Below, piece by piece: positions 31,759 to 32,000 of a stretch of 32,000 nt of DNA. A model generated the notes under the pieces. It worked only from the letters and a program-made list of their open reading frames with translations. It was not told the DNA's origin and ran no database searches. The first letter of the stretch is position 1. The number at the start of each line of letters is the position of its first letter. The position numbers were made by a program, and so were the translations under genes. Origin of the DNA: Wallemia ichthyophaga EXF-994 (taxonomy: Eukaryota > Fungi > Basidiomycota); contig NW_008806276.1 in NCBI RefSeq assembly GCF_000400465.1, positions 30,001 to 62,000 on the forward strand, read 5' to 3'.

Positions 31759-32000
31759 TTATATTCTAATATACTGCTCTCTATTCGTAGCAAAGTAGCG
31801 GCTAATATCCTGCTCTAATGATAGTATATACGTCCTTAGATCGTTGAGTTCGGAGGAGAGTGATTGCTGTGGGAGAGTGAGCTGAGTAAAACCGAATAAA
31901 AACACCTACGATACTGGAATTAGTACGCGTATCCTTAACCGACAATTCCTCTGTCAGAGTTGATTTGAGAGTGTCAAAGTCGCCTTCTAATGCGTCGATC
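31759..32000 (-). CDS. 3' end of an unidentified, probably coiled-coil protein entering from the right edge; intron 31867..31909
   Basis: The minus strand reads IDALEGDFDTLKSTLTEELSVKDTRTNSSI, then a GTAGGT..CAG intron, then QSLSSELNDLRTYILSLEQDISRYFATNREQYIRI*. It is absent from the ORF track. Confidence 0.65.

Noticed and set aside
1-32000. Possible secretory/membrane-traffic gene cluster (SEC16, APL1, GRH1, YSC84, ALG7, DPP1, MMM1, and the coiled-coil protein as a golgin partner of Grh1)
   Set aside because: These genes are interspersed with unrelated housekeeping genes (RPB8, RPL25, PRP6, EPL1, FCF2, HADH), and trafficking is a large category. No shared motif or synteny evidence is visible, and the golgin idea has no sequence support.

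Overview
Gene-dense fungal nuclear DNA with short (about 34-74 nt) GT-AG introns and very short intergenic spacers. The protein sequences look basidiomycete-like, and the compaction suggests a Wallemia-like genome (inference, not verified). By manual splicing I reconstruct 19 complete or near-complete protein-coding genes, the 3' end of a 20th and one intron-containing tRNA-Leu(UAA). Left to right: SEC16 (runs off the left edge), APL1, a multi-LIM protein, RPB8, a ~1006-aa coiled-coil repeat protein, a KAR4/METTL14-like gene, the tRNA, MMM1, a minimal Zn2Cys6 protein, a YSC84-like gene, HADH, a candidate CENP-U/Ame1, RPL25, GRH1, PRP6, EPL1, FCF2, ALG7, DPP1 and a partial coiled-coil gene. Every complete spliced model gave a length divisible by 3 and an open frame. 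I see no mobile element, CRISPR array, biosynthetic cluster or clearly new multi-gene system; this is mostly housekeeping DNA. The most notable points are three head-to-head pairs with only 18-55 bp between start codons, an 11 x 24-aa His-core coiled-coil repeat, a high frequency of G at donor position +4 (GTGGGT), a stop-free in-frame intron in PRP6 and a possible divergent CENP-U.
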